Part shown: piece by piece, positions 9,084 to 17,955 of the stretch
How positions within the stretch are numbered: the stretch's first letter is position 1
Layout: each line of letters starts with the position of its first letter
Assembly: GCA_039919885.1 (NCBI GenBank)
Contig: JBDSEV010000022.1
Coordinates: 43,284 to 107,283, forward strand
DNA length: 64,000 nucleotides
Reading direction: 5' to 3'
Source: Chitinophagaceae bacterium
Lineage (GTDB): Bacteria > Bacteroidota > Bacteroidia > Chitinophagales > Chitinophagaceae
Notes under the pieces: model-generated
What the model saw: only the letters and a program-made list of their open reading frames with translations
Told to the model about the DNA's origin: nothing
Databases searched by the model: none
Position numbers and translations under genes: made by a program

Positions 9084-10307
9084 ATGAATATTATCAAACA
9101 TATACAACACAGTGGTCTCACTTTATTAGCACTGTTTATACTGTTTACTTCCTGCAACAAATTAAATACCGATCCTACGCCGATTGCCATACCAGGCAAT
9201 CCTTCCGGTAGCACGCTGGCGCAGACACTGGCTGCCACTGCAAGCGACAGTTTGTACAACAGGCTTGTTATTCGTTCCGGTGTCTTAACGGCCACGCCAG
9301 CCACCATCACGGATGCGGGCCAGCGTTATACTATGTTTGTGCCGGATAACAATGTTATGAAAGCGTTTATCAACGCGCTTTCCGGGGGTGCGGTGCCGAT
9401 TGGTTCGCCGGACGCGGTTTTTTCCGGTTTCATAACCGCCAATATTCCGGTGGCATCTGCGGCAGGCATTGTGAGTTATAATATTGTTCCGCAGGCATTG
9501 CCCACCAGCAGTTTCCCTACGAGTTTTCCCAATTTGCAATATCCTACTATTTTAAACCCGGCACCATCGCTTAGCGCATTGTTGCGCTTAACCACTTTTC
9601 CCAGTAAGCGCGGTGCAATAACCTGGGTAAATAACGTTCCGCTGGCTGCTGCAGATGCCATTGCTTCCAACGGTATTATACACCATACTGCCGGAATTGC
9701 ATTGCCACCTACCGCCAGTTTATGGAGTCGTATCAGTACCGACCCTGACATGACCTATTTTAAAGCCGCGGTACAGCGTGGCGACAGTGGTACCGCAGCT
9801 GCCAGTACGCTGCAGGCGGGTCTTGACAATATCGGCGCCAACCTCACCGTATTTGTTCCTTCGGATTCTGCGATGCGTGCGGCGCTCACTGGTTTGATTG
9901 CACAGGGACTGATTGCGCAGGGTGTTCCCGCAGGTATTGCGCTGGCGCAGGCGGGCGCACTGGCTGCAACGCCAGCGGTGTTCAGCAACCCGCTTTTATA
10001 TACTGCGCTTACACCTACGTTGGTAAAGGGGATTGCGGTGTACCATATTTTGGGTACCCGCGCTTTTACGGTTAACCTGCCCACTACTGCGGCCAGCTTT
10101 AAAACACTGCTCACCAGTGCGGTGCCCACACACCCGGGTGTAAGTATACAGGCAACTTTTACCGGGCCGGTAGTAACGGCAGCAACGGTAAAGGGTGTGG
10201 CCAATGCAACGCCTTCTATAATTTTTATCAATTCGCAAAGCAGCAGCGATCAAAACGCTACCAATGGTGTGCTGCATAAAATTGACCAGGTACTTTTGCC
10301 GCAATAA
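9084..10307 (+). CDS. Fasciclin (FAS1) repeat lipoprotein
   Basis: Lipobox-like signal (LFILFTSCNK). FAS1 motifs are repeated: YTMFVPDNNVMKAF, NGIIHHTAGIALP, LTVFVPSDSAMRAA and NGVLHKIDQVLLPQ. Confidence 0.8.
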   Translation: MNIIKHIQHSGLTLLALFILFTSCNKLNTDPTPIAIPGNPSGSTLAQTLAATASDSLYNRLVIRSGVLTATPATITDAGQRYTMFVPDNNVMKAFINALSGGAVPIGSPDAVFSGFITANIPVASAAGIVSYNIVPQALPTSSFPTSFPNLQYPTILNPAPSLSALLRLTTFPSKRGAITWVNNVPLAAADAIASNGIIHHTAGIALPPTASLWSRISTDPDMTYFKAAVQRGDSGTAAASTLQAGLDNIGANLTVFVPSDSAMRAALTGLIAQGLIAQGVPAGIALAQAGALAATPAVFSNPLLYTALTPTLVKGIAVYHILGTRAFTVNLPTTAASFKTLLTSAVPTHPGVSIQATFTGPVVTAATVKGVANATPSIIFINSQSSSDQNATNGVLHKIDQVLLPQ

Positions 10308-10387
10308 GAAAGAATTACAGGTTCACCGATTTCGCGCGGAGCAGTTTCATGCAGGGAGGGGCGCAACATAAATAAAATCAATATAAA

Positions 10388-10723
10388 CAAGCACTCGTTG
10401 CAGCTCCGCGGCCGCGGCGGCCTGCGCCGGACCGCGCTGCAGATCAAACTAAAACAAATCAACTATAAATTAAATAAACGCGAACCCCTTCCGATAACAG
10501 CAGTCGCCGATAAGGTGTCTGAGCCGAATACTCGTTCTGGCAATAATGAACGAGATCACAAAACCAAGCAAGCACTAGTTCCGATGATACCAGTCGCTGC
10601 ATAAGGCGCCTCAGCCGGTTCGATTCCGGCGGTAGCCGGATTGCGGAGCAAAGAAGCGGGTGCAGCGCCGTTGCAGCTCCGCCGCCCCGGCGGCCTGAGC
10701 CGGATACCCGTTCCGGACACTTG
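10388..10723. repeat. Cluster of four degenerate GC-rich repeats of about 45 nt. One carries a canonical tRNA T-arm. Possibly decayed tRNA 3'-half or att-scar-like elements.
   Basis: Copies begin near 10397, 10498, 10590 and 10670. The outer copies share gttgcagctccgcSgccScggcggcctgMgccgga. All four align as cagYtcgc...ggYgYctSagccgR followed by a hairpin with a 5-bp stem and 7-nt loop. The copy at 10614-10630 reads gccgg-ttcgatt-ccggc, which matches the TpsiC arm consensus. Confidence 0.55.
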
Positions 10724-10884
10724 CTTCAAATAAGAAAACCCCCGCCATGCATTGCCCAAGAGAATCCCTTCATCTCAACGCGTTGCCATTAAGTCAAAAA
10801 CCAGGTTGTGCCGGGGTGTTGGCTGCGCAGCCAGCTGCTGCACCACGCATACAAGCAGTAGAATGAATATATTTTTTATACTGC

Positions 10885-12288
10885 TCATTGCTGGTTTTTC
10901 GGTTTGGTAAGCAGCATGGTATCGGTATCAAACAACGGTACCTGGTAACCGCCGGAGTCAAGCGTTGCTGCGGGAAAGGCCTGCTTCAGCAAATTCCAGT
11001 CGGTATTTTTTACGCCGGTCCGATAAAAATAAATCGATCGCAGCATTTTCAGATCTTTCAATTTTAATAAACCGGCTGCGGTAACTTTTGTGCCTACCAG
11101 GTTGATTGATTGCAGTTGCTGCAAAGTGGAGAGCTTGCCCAGGCCCTCATCTGTAAGCCCGGTATTGCCGAGTTCAAGCCGGGTGATATTGTTACACTGT
11201 GCAATCATATTTATTGCAGTATCAGTAATCCGGGTGTCGTTCAGTTTTAACCACACCAGTTGTTTTTTTAGTGGCGCCAGCAGTTGCACTACTTTGTCCG
11301 TAGCACGGGCCATAGCAACAAAACTAACCATTAGATAATTACTGTTGAGTGCAACGGGCTGCACCACAATACCGCTATCCCGCAGTTTTTCTATCGCTGC
11401 TTCCGCTGCCTTTTCAACTGGAGCCGCAGGCACATCCGTTATCCGCTCCTTTTCCACAACGGTATTTTGAAGCGATAGCAAAATGGGTTTTATTTTTTCT
11501 GTTTGTGCAATGTCTTTTGTTTTTTTATCGAACGAGGCTCCGCTGGCCACCCACCAGTGCAGCAGCGCAATTTCTTTTTCGGTCAGCTGCGCCTTTTCTT
11601 TGGGCGGCATATGATGTTCATCTGCTTTTTCCAGCAAAATTCTTTTTATCAGCTCGCTTTCGGCTGCATTGCCGGCCTCAATGACAACGCCGCTCTTACC
11701 GCCTTTCATCAGCAAGTCCGGCTGATCCATTCTCAGCTTACCTTTCTGCTTACTGGCGCCATGGCAACCATAGCATTTGTTTTGCAGCAATGGCTGCACA
11801 ATTGCGGCATAGGCAACGGCTTCCTGCACATCCGGAATGGGTTTACTAATAACCGCCGTATCCGCGCCGGCAATATTATTTAAAGACCCGGTGAGGTAAT
11901 CAGATCCGTGGGTAAGCGAGCCGCCCAGGTGACCTGTAACGGTTAAAAGAAAAATTAATGCCACGGGCAATATCCATTTTAACCGGGTAACGATCGTATA
12001 CCGGTGCAGCACGTAATAAACAATGGATACCACTGCCACACTGATACCAAACCATTGGTGCCTGCCTGCCAGCGTTTCGTCATAATCGCCGCTGCCTGCC
12101 AGCAGGTAGCCGGTGATACAGGCTGCAACAGCACTGATCATTCCCCAAAACAATGTTGTGCCGATGGCATGCTGCAGGTGCAGGTATTTCTGCCGGCCAG
12201 CAAGCAATTGAAAAAAACAAGCAACCAGCAAAATGCCGATGGGAAGGTGAACCAGTACAGGATGAAAGCGGCCAATGAATTCAGACAT
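10885..12288 (-). CDS. Membrane protein: DUF2231-like 4-TM N-terminus, planctomycete-type cytochrome c domain and C-terminal leucine-rich repeats
   Basis: 467-aa ORF. The N-terminus reads FHPVLVHLPIGILLVACFF and is followed by further TM helices. The haem motif is CYGCHGASKQKGKLRMD. The LRR-like C-terminus reads LNDTRITDTAINMIAQCNNITRLELGNTGLTDEGLGKLSTLQQLQSINLVGTKVT. Confidence 0.8.
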   Translation of the reverse strand: MSEFIGRFHPVLVHLPIGILLVACFFQLLAGRQKYLHLQHAIGTTLFWGMISAVAACITGYLLAGSGDYDETLAGRHQWFGISVAVVSIVYYVLHRYTIVTRLKWILPVALIFLLTVTGHLGGSLTHGSDYLTGSLNNIAGADTAVISKPIPDVQEAVAYAAIVQPLLQNKCYGCHGASKQKGKLRMDQPDLLMKGGKSGVVIEAGNAAESELIKRILLEKADEHHMPPKEKAQLTEKEIALLHWWVASGASFDKKTKDIAQTEKIKPILLSLQNTVVEKERITDVPAAPVEKAAEAAIEKLRDSGIVVQPVALNSNYLMVSFVAMARATDKVVQLLAPLKKQLVWLKLNDTRITDTAINMIAQCNNITRLELGNTGLTDEGLGKLSTLQQLQSINLVGTKVTAAGLLKLKDLKMLRSIYFYRTGVKNTDWNLLKQAFPAATLDSGGYQVPLFDTDTMLLTKPKNQQ

Positions 12289-12419
12289 AGAAGAAACGGT
12301 GCGTTTTTAATTGCGGGCTGGGCAATTTTTTAAAAATTATTTATATTGGAATGCATCATTTGCTGAATGCCGTTTTTATTATTCACCTACCGGATATTTA
12401 AAAATTCCTGCTGACACTC

Positions 12420-13352
12420 TTACAAGTACCGTTGCCTGAGCAACTTCATCATGTGCACATTGATGGCCCATTGATCTGCCAGCGGTTGGCGCGTATAAGG
12501 CAGCGTGGGCATATAATCCGGCGGACCAAATTCGGTGAGGACGGTCATCCGTTCGCCACTTTTCTTTTTTCGTTCCACTACGGTATCCCACCAATCAAAA
12601 TGCTGCTTAACGGCGGCCGCCCACTCCGGTGCACGCGGATCATTTACCTGCGGTCCCTCCGCATGCCCAATGCGTGCATGAATGTGTTCTACCCTTGACA
12701 ACACCAGGTCTACCGTTTCTTTTTGATCCTGCAGCAGGGTTTCATGCACATTGCACCAGTGTGACACATCAAATGTAATTTTCAATGCAGGATTTTTTTC
12801 AATAAATGACCTGCAAATATGTGCCGCAAACATCATCCGCGATCGGTGTGTTTCGTGGCAGATGGTGATGCCCGTTTGCCGGGCCAGTGTATTAGTATGA
12901 TCAATAAAAGCCTGGTTCTGCTCGGCTGTAAAATAATCCCTGCCGGAGTGGCAATTGATATACAGCGGTTGCTGTATACTGTTAGTTGCGGCTGCATCCA
13001 CCATTTTCTTAAAAACACCGAGGTGTACAACCGGATCAGCTTGCGAGCCGCCACAAAGAAAACCAATGGCCAACTGGTGTTTTTTCAATGCTGCAAATAG
13101 ATCGTCCTGGCCTTTTTTTTCGGTGGGCCACCACATTTCGATTCCATCGTATCCTTCCTTTTTTGTTTTTGCGCAGAATTCGTCTAGCGTGCCGGCAAAA
13201 CCCCAGTTGGTATTCAGCACTTTTAGTTCGAAACCGGCTGTTCTACCAATGGCTGGCGGATGGGCCGCTGCAAAACTGTCCAGCGAAGACAAGACCATAG
13301 CGGTGCCGGCAGAACCGCCCAGTGCTAAAAATTTTCTACGGTTGATTGGCAT
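12420..13352 (-). CDS. Tat-exported sugar phosphate isomerase/epimerase-like protein (xylose isomerase-like TIM barrel)
   Basis: 310-aa ORF with a twin-arginine signal (MPINRRKFLALGGSAGTAMV). TIM-barrel family motifs: GYDGIEMWW, ITICHETHR and RVEHIHARIGH. Confidence 0.75.
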   Translation of the reverse strand: MPINRRKFLALGGSAGTAMVLSSLDSFAAAHPPAIGRTAGFELKVLNTNWGFAGTLDEFCAKTKKEGYDGIEMWWPTEKKGQDDLFAALKKHQLAIGFLCGGSQADPVVHLGVFKKMVDAAATNSIQQPLYINCHSGRDYFTAEQNQAFIDHTNTLARQTGITICHETHRSRMMFAAHICRSFIEKNPALKITFDVSHWCNVHETLLQDQKETVDLVLSRVEHIHARIGHAEGPQVNDPRAPEWAAAVKQHFDWWDTVVERKKKSGERMTVLTEFGPPDYMPTLPYTRQPLADQWAINVHMMKLLRQRYL

Positions 13353-13471
13353 AAATAGAGCGGATGTTTATTTTCAAGAAACAATTTTTAACCAGGGAGT
13401 CAATCAAATAGGAACCACTTGCCAGCTTTACAACCAGTCATTTCCATTTACCTGGGATGGTTGCTGCGTTG

Positions 13472-14977
13472 TTATGCAATGATATCATTGATCACATTGC
13501 CCGCCACATCCGTCAACCGGAATGGCCGCCCCTGGTACTGGTAAGTAAATTGCTCGTGGTTAAAACCCAGCTGGTTTAAGATGGTTGCCTGTATATCAAA
13601 TGGTGTTGTTTTACCGCTAATCGCACTATAGCCAATCTCATCTGTTTCACCGTAGCTGTAGCCCTTTTTAATACCGCCGCCTGCCATCCACATGGTAAAC
13701 GCTTCGGTATGATGATCCCTTCCCTTGAACGGCATGGTTTTGCCACCGCGGTTTTCCTGCATGGGCGTTCTGCCAAACTCACCGCCCCATACAACCAGCG
13801 TATCTTCCAGCATACCTCTTTGTTTAAGATCCAACAAGAGTGCGGTAATTGATTTGTCTACCTGCCGGCATTTGTTTACCAGCCCAATATCCACGGCGTC
13901 ACCTGCACTGGTACCGTGGCTGTCCCATCCCCAGTCGAACAACTGAACAAAGCGGACGCCTTTTTCTACAAGTTTTCGCGCCAGCAAAATATTATTTGCG
14001 AAACTGCCACTGCCAGGTTTGGTACCATACATTTCATGAATATAGGGTGGTTCATCATTGATGTTCATGACTTCCGGTACAGATATCTGCATCTTGTACG
14101 CCATTTCATACTGCGCAATGCGCGATAAAATTTCAGGGTCTTTATAATCTTCGTATTGCTGCTGGTTTACTTCATTAATGGCATCTATAGACGCTTTTCG
14201 TAAATCGCGGTCCATGCCATTGGGATCGTTGATAAACAATACAGGATCACCTTCGCTGCGGCACTGAACGCCCTGGTAAACACTTGGCAGAAAACCACTA
14301 CCCCAGACGCTCTTACCCGCATCCGGATTTTTTCCACCCGAGGTCAATACCACATAGCCGGGCAGATTCTGGTTTTCTGTACCCAGGCCATAGGTAATCC
14401 AGCTGCCCATGCTTGGCCTGCCCAAACGCGGTGAACCGGTGTGCATGAACAATTGCGCGGGTGCATGGTTGAACTGATCAGTAGTAACTGCTTTTAGAAG
14501 CGTTATTTCATCTGCAACGTTACACAGGTGCGGCAAGTGATCGCTTATCCATAAACCACTCTCACCGCGTTGTTTAAAATTTGCCTGCGGGCCCAGCATC
14601 TTGGGTACCCCGCGTATAAATGCAAACCGTTTTCCTTGCAGCAACGACTGCGGACAATCCTGCCCATCCAGCTTCATTAAATCCGGTTTATAATCAAACA
14701 ATTCCAGCTGCGACGGTGCCCCTGCCATGTGCAGGTAAATAACAGATTTGGCCCTTCCTGGAAACATCGGTGTTTTTGGCGCAAGGGGATGAGCTGCATC
14801 AAAAACAACGGGGTTTGTACGCGCGGTATTATTGCCACAGCCAAACAAAGAACCCATTGCCAATGCGCCCAGCCCCATTGCACTTTCTTTTAAAAAGTGC
14901 CGGCGCGTATGCAACTGCAGGTAAGCGTTAGCCGCTTCCTTTGCCAGCCGTTTATTATGTAATTCTTTCTGTGTCAT
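13472..14977 (-). CDS. DUF1501 family protein (sulfatase/alkaline-phosphatase-like fold), Tat-exported
   Basis: 501-aa ORF with a Tat signal (HTRRHFLKESAMGLGALAMGS). Characteristic DUF1501 motifs: VIYLHMAGAPSQLELFDYKP, WDSHG and VVWGGEFGRTP. Confidence 0.85.
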   Translation of the reverse strand: MTQKELHNKRLAKEAANAYLQLHTRRHFLKESAMGLGALAMGSLFGCGNNTARTNPVVFDAAHPLAPKTPMFPGRAKSVIYLHMAGAPSQLELFDYKPDLMKLDGQDCPQSLLQGKRFAFIRGVPKMLGPQANFKQRGESGLWISDHLPHLCNVADEITLLKAVTTDQFNHAPAQLFMHTGSPRLGRPSMGSWITYGLGTENQNLPGYVVLTSGGKNPDAGKSVWGSGFLPSVYQGVQCRSEGDPVLFINDPNGMDRDLRKASIDAINEVNQQQYEDYKDPEILSRIAQYEMAYKMQISVPEVMNINDEPPYIHEMYGTKPGSGSFANNILLARKLVEKGVRFVQLFDWGWDSHGTSAGDAVDIGLVNKCRQVDKSITALLLDLKQRGMLEDTLVVWGGEFGRTPMQENRGGKTMPFKGRDHHTEAFTMWMAGGGIKKGYSYGETDEIGYSAISGKTTPFDIQATILNQLGFNHEQFTYQYQGRPFRLTDVAGNVINDIIA

Positions 14978-15013
14978 GTTGCGCTTTTTATAAGGCAGCC
15001 GGGCCGTATTCAG

Positions 15014-17779
15014 CTAGTTCTTTGTTATCACTTCGTCTAAATTCAGGATCGTATTGATAACCACCACCAATGCTGCGGCGGCGGCTGTATTTCCTTTTGT
15101 ACTAAAACCACCTGCTATTTCACAGGCATTGTCTTTACTGGCAGTAAATTTTTGCAAAGCTGTTTCATACAATTTAAACAGTGTGCCCATTGCCGGTGGT
15201 TCAACAGCATGGCCTGTTGCTCTTTCATATACAATGGTAATTTGCTGCCGGGGATTACCGGGTACCGTTGCCTCCAGTCTTCGCGCCAGCTTTCTTGCCA
15301 TGTCAAGACTGGCTTCATCGTTCAAGCCTACCAATGCCTGCAGCGGTGTATTGGTTCTTATGCGCCTGGCAGTGCAGACTTCTCTTGCCACGCCGTCAAA
15401 CGTCATCATAGCAGGATAAGGTGCCGTTCTTTTCCAGTAGGTGTATACAGCCCTGCGGTATTTATTTTCTCCTTCGCTCAGTTGCCACTTAAGGCCGTCG
15501 TAAGGCGAGCGCCAAATGCCATCAGGCTGGTACGGCATTACACTGGGGCCGTACATTTTATTGCTCATCAGCCCGGTAACATACAAAGCCTGGTCGCGCA
15601 ACTGTTCAGCAGATAACCTTACCCGCGCGCCCCTTGAATAATATTTATTGGCCAGATCCTTTTCTATTGCATCTTTTGAAACATGCGAGTCTTGCTGGTA
15701 GGTGGCGGACAACAGCATTTCTTTCAGCAATTTTTTTACATCCCAGTTATAGGTATACATAAATTGGTACGACAAATAATCGAGCAACTCTTTATGTGTA
15801 GGGGGTATGCCCTGTGTACCGAGATCTTCCAGGGTTTCCACCAGACCGGTTCCAAAGAGTTGTTCCCAGAGGCGATTGACCATTGTTCTGGCTGTCAGTG
15901 GATTTTTTTTACTGGTTAACCACATCGCCAGTCCCAGCCGGTTATTGGGCGCACCCGCGGGCATTGGATTGAGCGCATGTGGAACGCCAGGTGTCACCGC
16001 AGCTCCTTTAACCAGCCAGTTGCCTCTCTCAAAAACATGTGAAATGCGTTGCATACCATCGGGGTTTTCCACCATAATCGGCGTTACCGGGGTGGACATG
16101 GTAAGTAAATGCCAGTATTGTTTTTTTGCTGCCTCATAACCAGGGTCATCTTTGCCCGGAAATGGATCGGTAAAATAAAACCAGTCGAACGTAATGCCGG
16201 TATCTTCAGGTTTCTTCAGATTTTTATTAGTGTAAGTGAGGTAAAAGTCGTGCACTCCTGCAATGGGCACCGCAGGTATAGTTGCTATCTGCCATCCATC
16301 TTTTGAAACCGCTACCGGAATAGAAACAATTACCGGCCCGTCTGGTCTGTCTGCATGGATTTGAAAAAGCCCGCCCGGTACGGATGATTTATAACGGTAA
16401 ATAAGTTCACGCTTATTATTAAAATTAGAATGCGGCAACCGCACCAGCCCATTGTTGCGCAACGCCGCCCATTTGGTATCGTTCAGTTCACTGTTCACAA
16501 ACTGATCGCAATACAATGAATTGATTGCAGGCTGCCAGGTCCGTAAAAACTGGTTGATTTCTTTTGTTTGTGCTGCCGTGGCATGTTGTTGCAGCCATGC
16601 ATTGAGGGTATCTTTTTCTGCGTTGGCCGAATCAGTAAAACTGCGCAGCACCGGGTAATCAGCGTAGGTGTCTTCGTCCCTGGTATTATTAAAAAAAGCA
16701 GAAAACTGGTAATATTCTTCATGCCTGAACGGGTCATAAGGATGACTATGGCATTGCACACACGCAAAGGTGGTTCCCATTAAAGCTTCCCAGGTGGTGT
16801 TCACACGGTCAAGCACAGCCGAAGTACGGAATTCTTCATTGTCAGTACCACCTTCATCATTGGTCATGGTATTACGGTGAAAAGCGGTTGCTATCAATTG
16901 CGCGTCAGAAGGATTGGGCATCAGGTCTCCGGCTATTTGTTCTGTTAAAAACTGGTCATAGGGTTTATTTTCATTGAATGCATTAATCACCCAGTCGCGG
17001 TAACGCCAGATAGTACGCGCATCATCGCGCTCATAACCTTTTGTATCGGCATAGCGGGCCAGGTCCATCCACATGGCCGCCCATCTTTCGCCATAGCGCG
17101 GCGAAGCCAGCAGGCTGTCTACAACATTTTCAAAAGCGTGGTCCGTCTTATCCGCGTAAAATTGTTTTGTTAGCTGATCAGTAGCGGGCATACCGGTAAC
17201 ATCCAGGCTTACCCTTCTCAATAAAGTTGCTTTATCTGCCTGCGGCGAATGACCGAGTTGCTGTGCTTTTAATTGCCGGAGTATAAAACGATCTACATTG
17301 GTTTTTGCCCAGTCATCTTCTGCGTTTCCAAAAAAGCCAAGCAGCCGCGTATCTCCCGGAACTGCTGCGGGCTGTACAGCAACATAGGCCCAGTGGTCTC
17401 CCCATTGCGCGCCTTGCTTTACCCAATTGCGGAGTACATCAATTTCATTTGCAGGGAGGGGATCGTGTTTATAAGGCATCCTTTCTTCCGGATCCTTTGC
17501 GGTAAGCCGGCGAATCATTTCACTGTGTTCCGGATCGCCGGGAATAATAGCGGGTTTACCAGATTCCGTATTGGCCAGCGCCTCTGACCGAAATAGTAAA
17601 CTGAAGCCTGCCTTTCTGCGAACACCGCCATGGCAGGTAATACAGTTTTTGTTGAATATGGGTTTTACCTGGGTGTTGTAATCAATTTTTTGTGCGCGTA
17701 TGCTGAATAGGTAGACCGCCACGCCCGCTACTAAAGCGACAATGATGAGCACTGATTTTTTTTGCATTAATTTCTTCAC
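15014..17779 (-). CDS. PSCyt/DUF1549/DUF1553 (PSD1) protein with planctomycete-type cytochrome c and an internal CBM6/35-like insertion
   Basis: 921-aa ORF with an N-terminal TM helix. It has the haem motif CITCHGGVRRKAGFSL, the DUF1549 region SPRYGERWAAMWMDLARYADTKGYE, the conserved CVQCHSHPYDPF, and the DUF1553 region RTMVNRLWEQLFGTGLV. The inserted segment ends ...AGVHDFYLTYTNKN...ITFDWFYF. Confidence 0.85.
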   Translation of the reverse strand: MKKLMQKKSVLIIVALVAGVAVYLFSIRAQKIDYNTQVKPIFNKNCITCHGGVRRKAGFSLLFRSEALANTESGKPAIIPGDPEHSEMIRRLTAKDPEERMPYKHDPLPANEIDVLRNWVKQGAQWGDHWAYVAVQPAAVPGDTRLLGFFGNAEDDWAKTNVDRFILRQLKAQQLGHSPQADKATLLRRVSLDVTGMPATDQLTKQFYADKTDHAFENVVDSLLASPRYGERWAAMWMDLARYADTKGYERDDARTIWRYRDWVINAFNENKPYDQFLTEQIAGDLMPNPSDAQLIATAFHRNTMTNDEGGTDNEEFRTSAVLDRVNTTWEALMGTTFACVQCHSHPYDPFRHEEYYQFSAFFNNTRDEDTYADYPVLRSFTDSANAEKDTLNAWLQQHATAAQTKEINQFLRTWQPAINSLYCDQFVNSELNDTKWAALRNNGLVRLPHSNFNNKRELIYRYKSSVPGGLFQIHADRPDGPVIVSIPVAVSKDGWQIATIPAVPIAGVHDFYLTYTNKNLKKPEDTGITFDWFYFTDPFPGKDDPGYEAAKKQYWHLLTMSTPVTPIMVENPDGMQRISHVFERGNWLVKGAAVTPGVPHALNPMPAGAPNNRLGLAMWLTSKKNPLTARTMVNRLWEQLFGTGLVETLEDLGTQGIPPTHKELLDYLSYQFMYTYNWDVKKLLKEMLLSATYQQDSHVSKDAIEKDLANKYYSRGARVRLSAEQLRDQALYVTGLMSNKMYGPSVMPYQPDGIWRSPYDGLKWQLSEGENKYRRAVYTYWKRTAPYPAMMTFDGVAREVCTARRIRTNTPLQALVGLNDEASLDMARKLARRLEATVPGNPRQQITIVYERATGHAVEPPAMGTLFKLYETALQKFTASKDNACEIAGGFSTKGNTAAAAALVVVINTILNLDEVITKN

Positions 17780-17955
17780 CTGGCAGGCAAATTAAGTGTT
17801 GTTAAAAGTAACGAATCCTGCCTGTTTACAGCATCATTTGCAGAATTAATTGATAAGTGGACGAACCAAAATATTTTCCGCGCCGGGGAGCGGGCTCTTA
17901 CCCGGCATGCTTTCCAGGCTTTATTACTGAAGCTGCGGTTGTAAATTATTGCAGC

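Noticed and set aside
10560-10641. Functional tRNA gene containing the perfect T-arm gccgg-ttcgatt-ccggc
   Set aside because: No 5' acceptor strand complementary to ggtagcc is present, no D-arm is recognisable, and the candidate anticodon stem (10592-10608) has only 3 of 5 pairs. At best it is a tRNA remnant.
10388-10723. Possible CRISPR array, since the repeats begin with GTTGCAG and are spaced 80-100 nt apart
   Set aside because: There are only four copies. The inner two are highly degenerate, the spacing is irregular, and no cas genes are in the window. Genuine CRISPR repeats are near-identical.
10398-10759. ORFs 10398-10604 (+) and 10556-10759 (-)
   Set aside because: Both are read through the GC-rich repeat cluster. 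Their Arg/Gly/Pro/Ala-rich translations are what any frame of GC-rich DNA would give.
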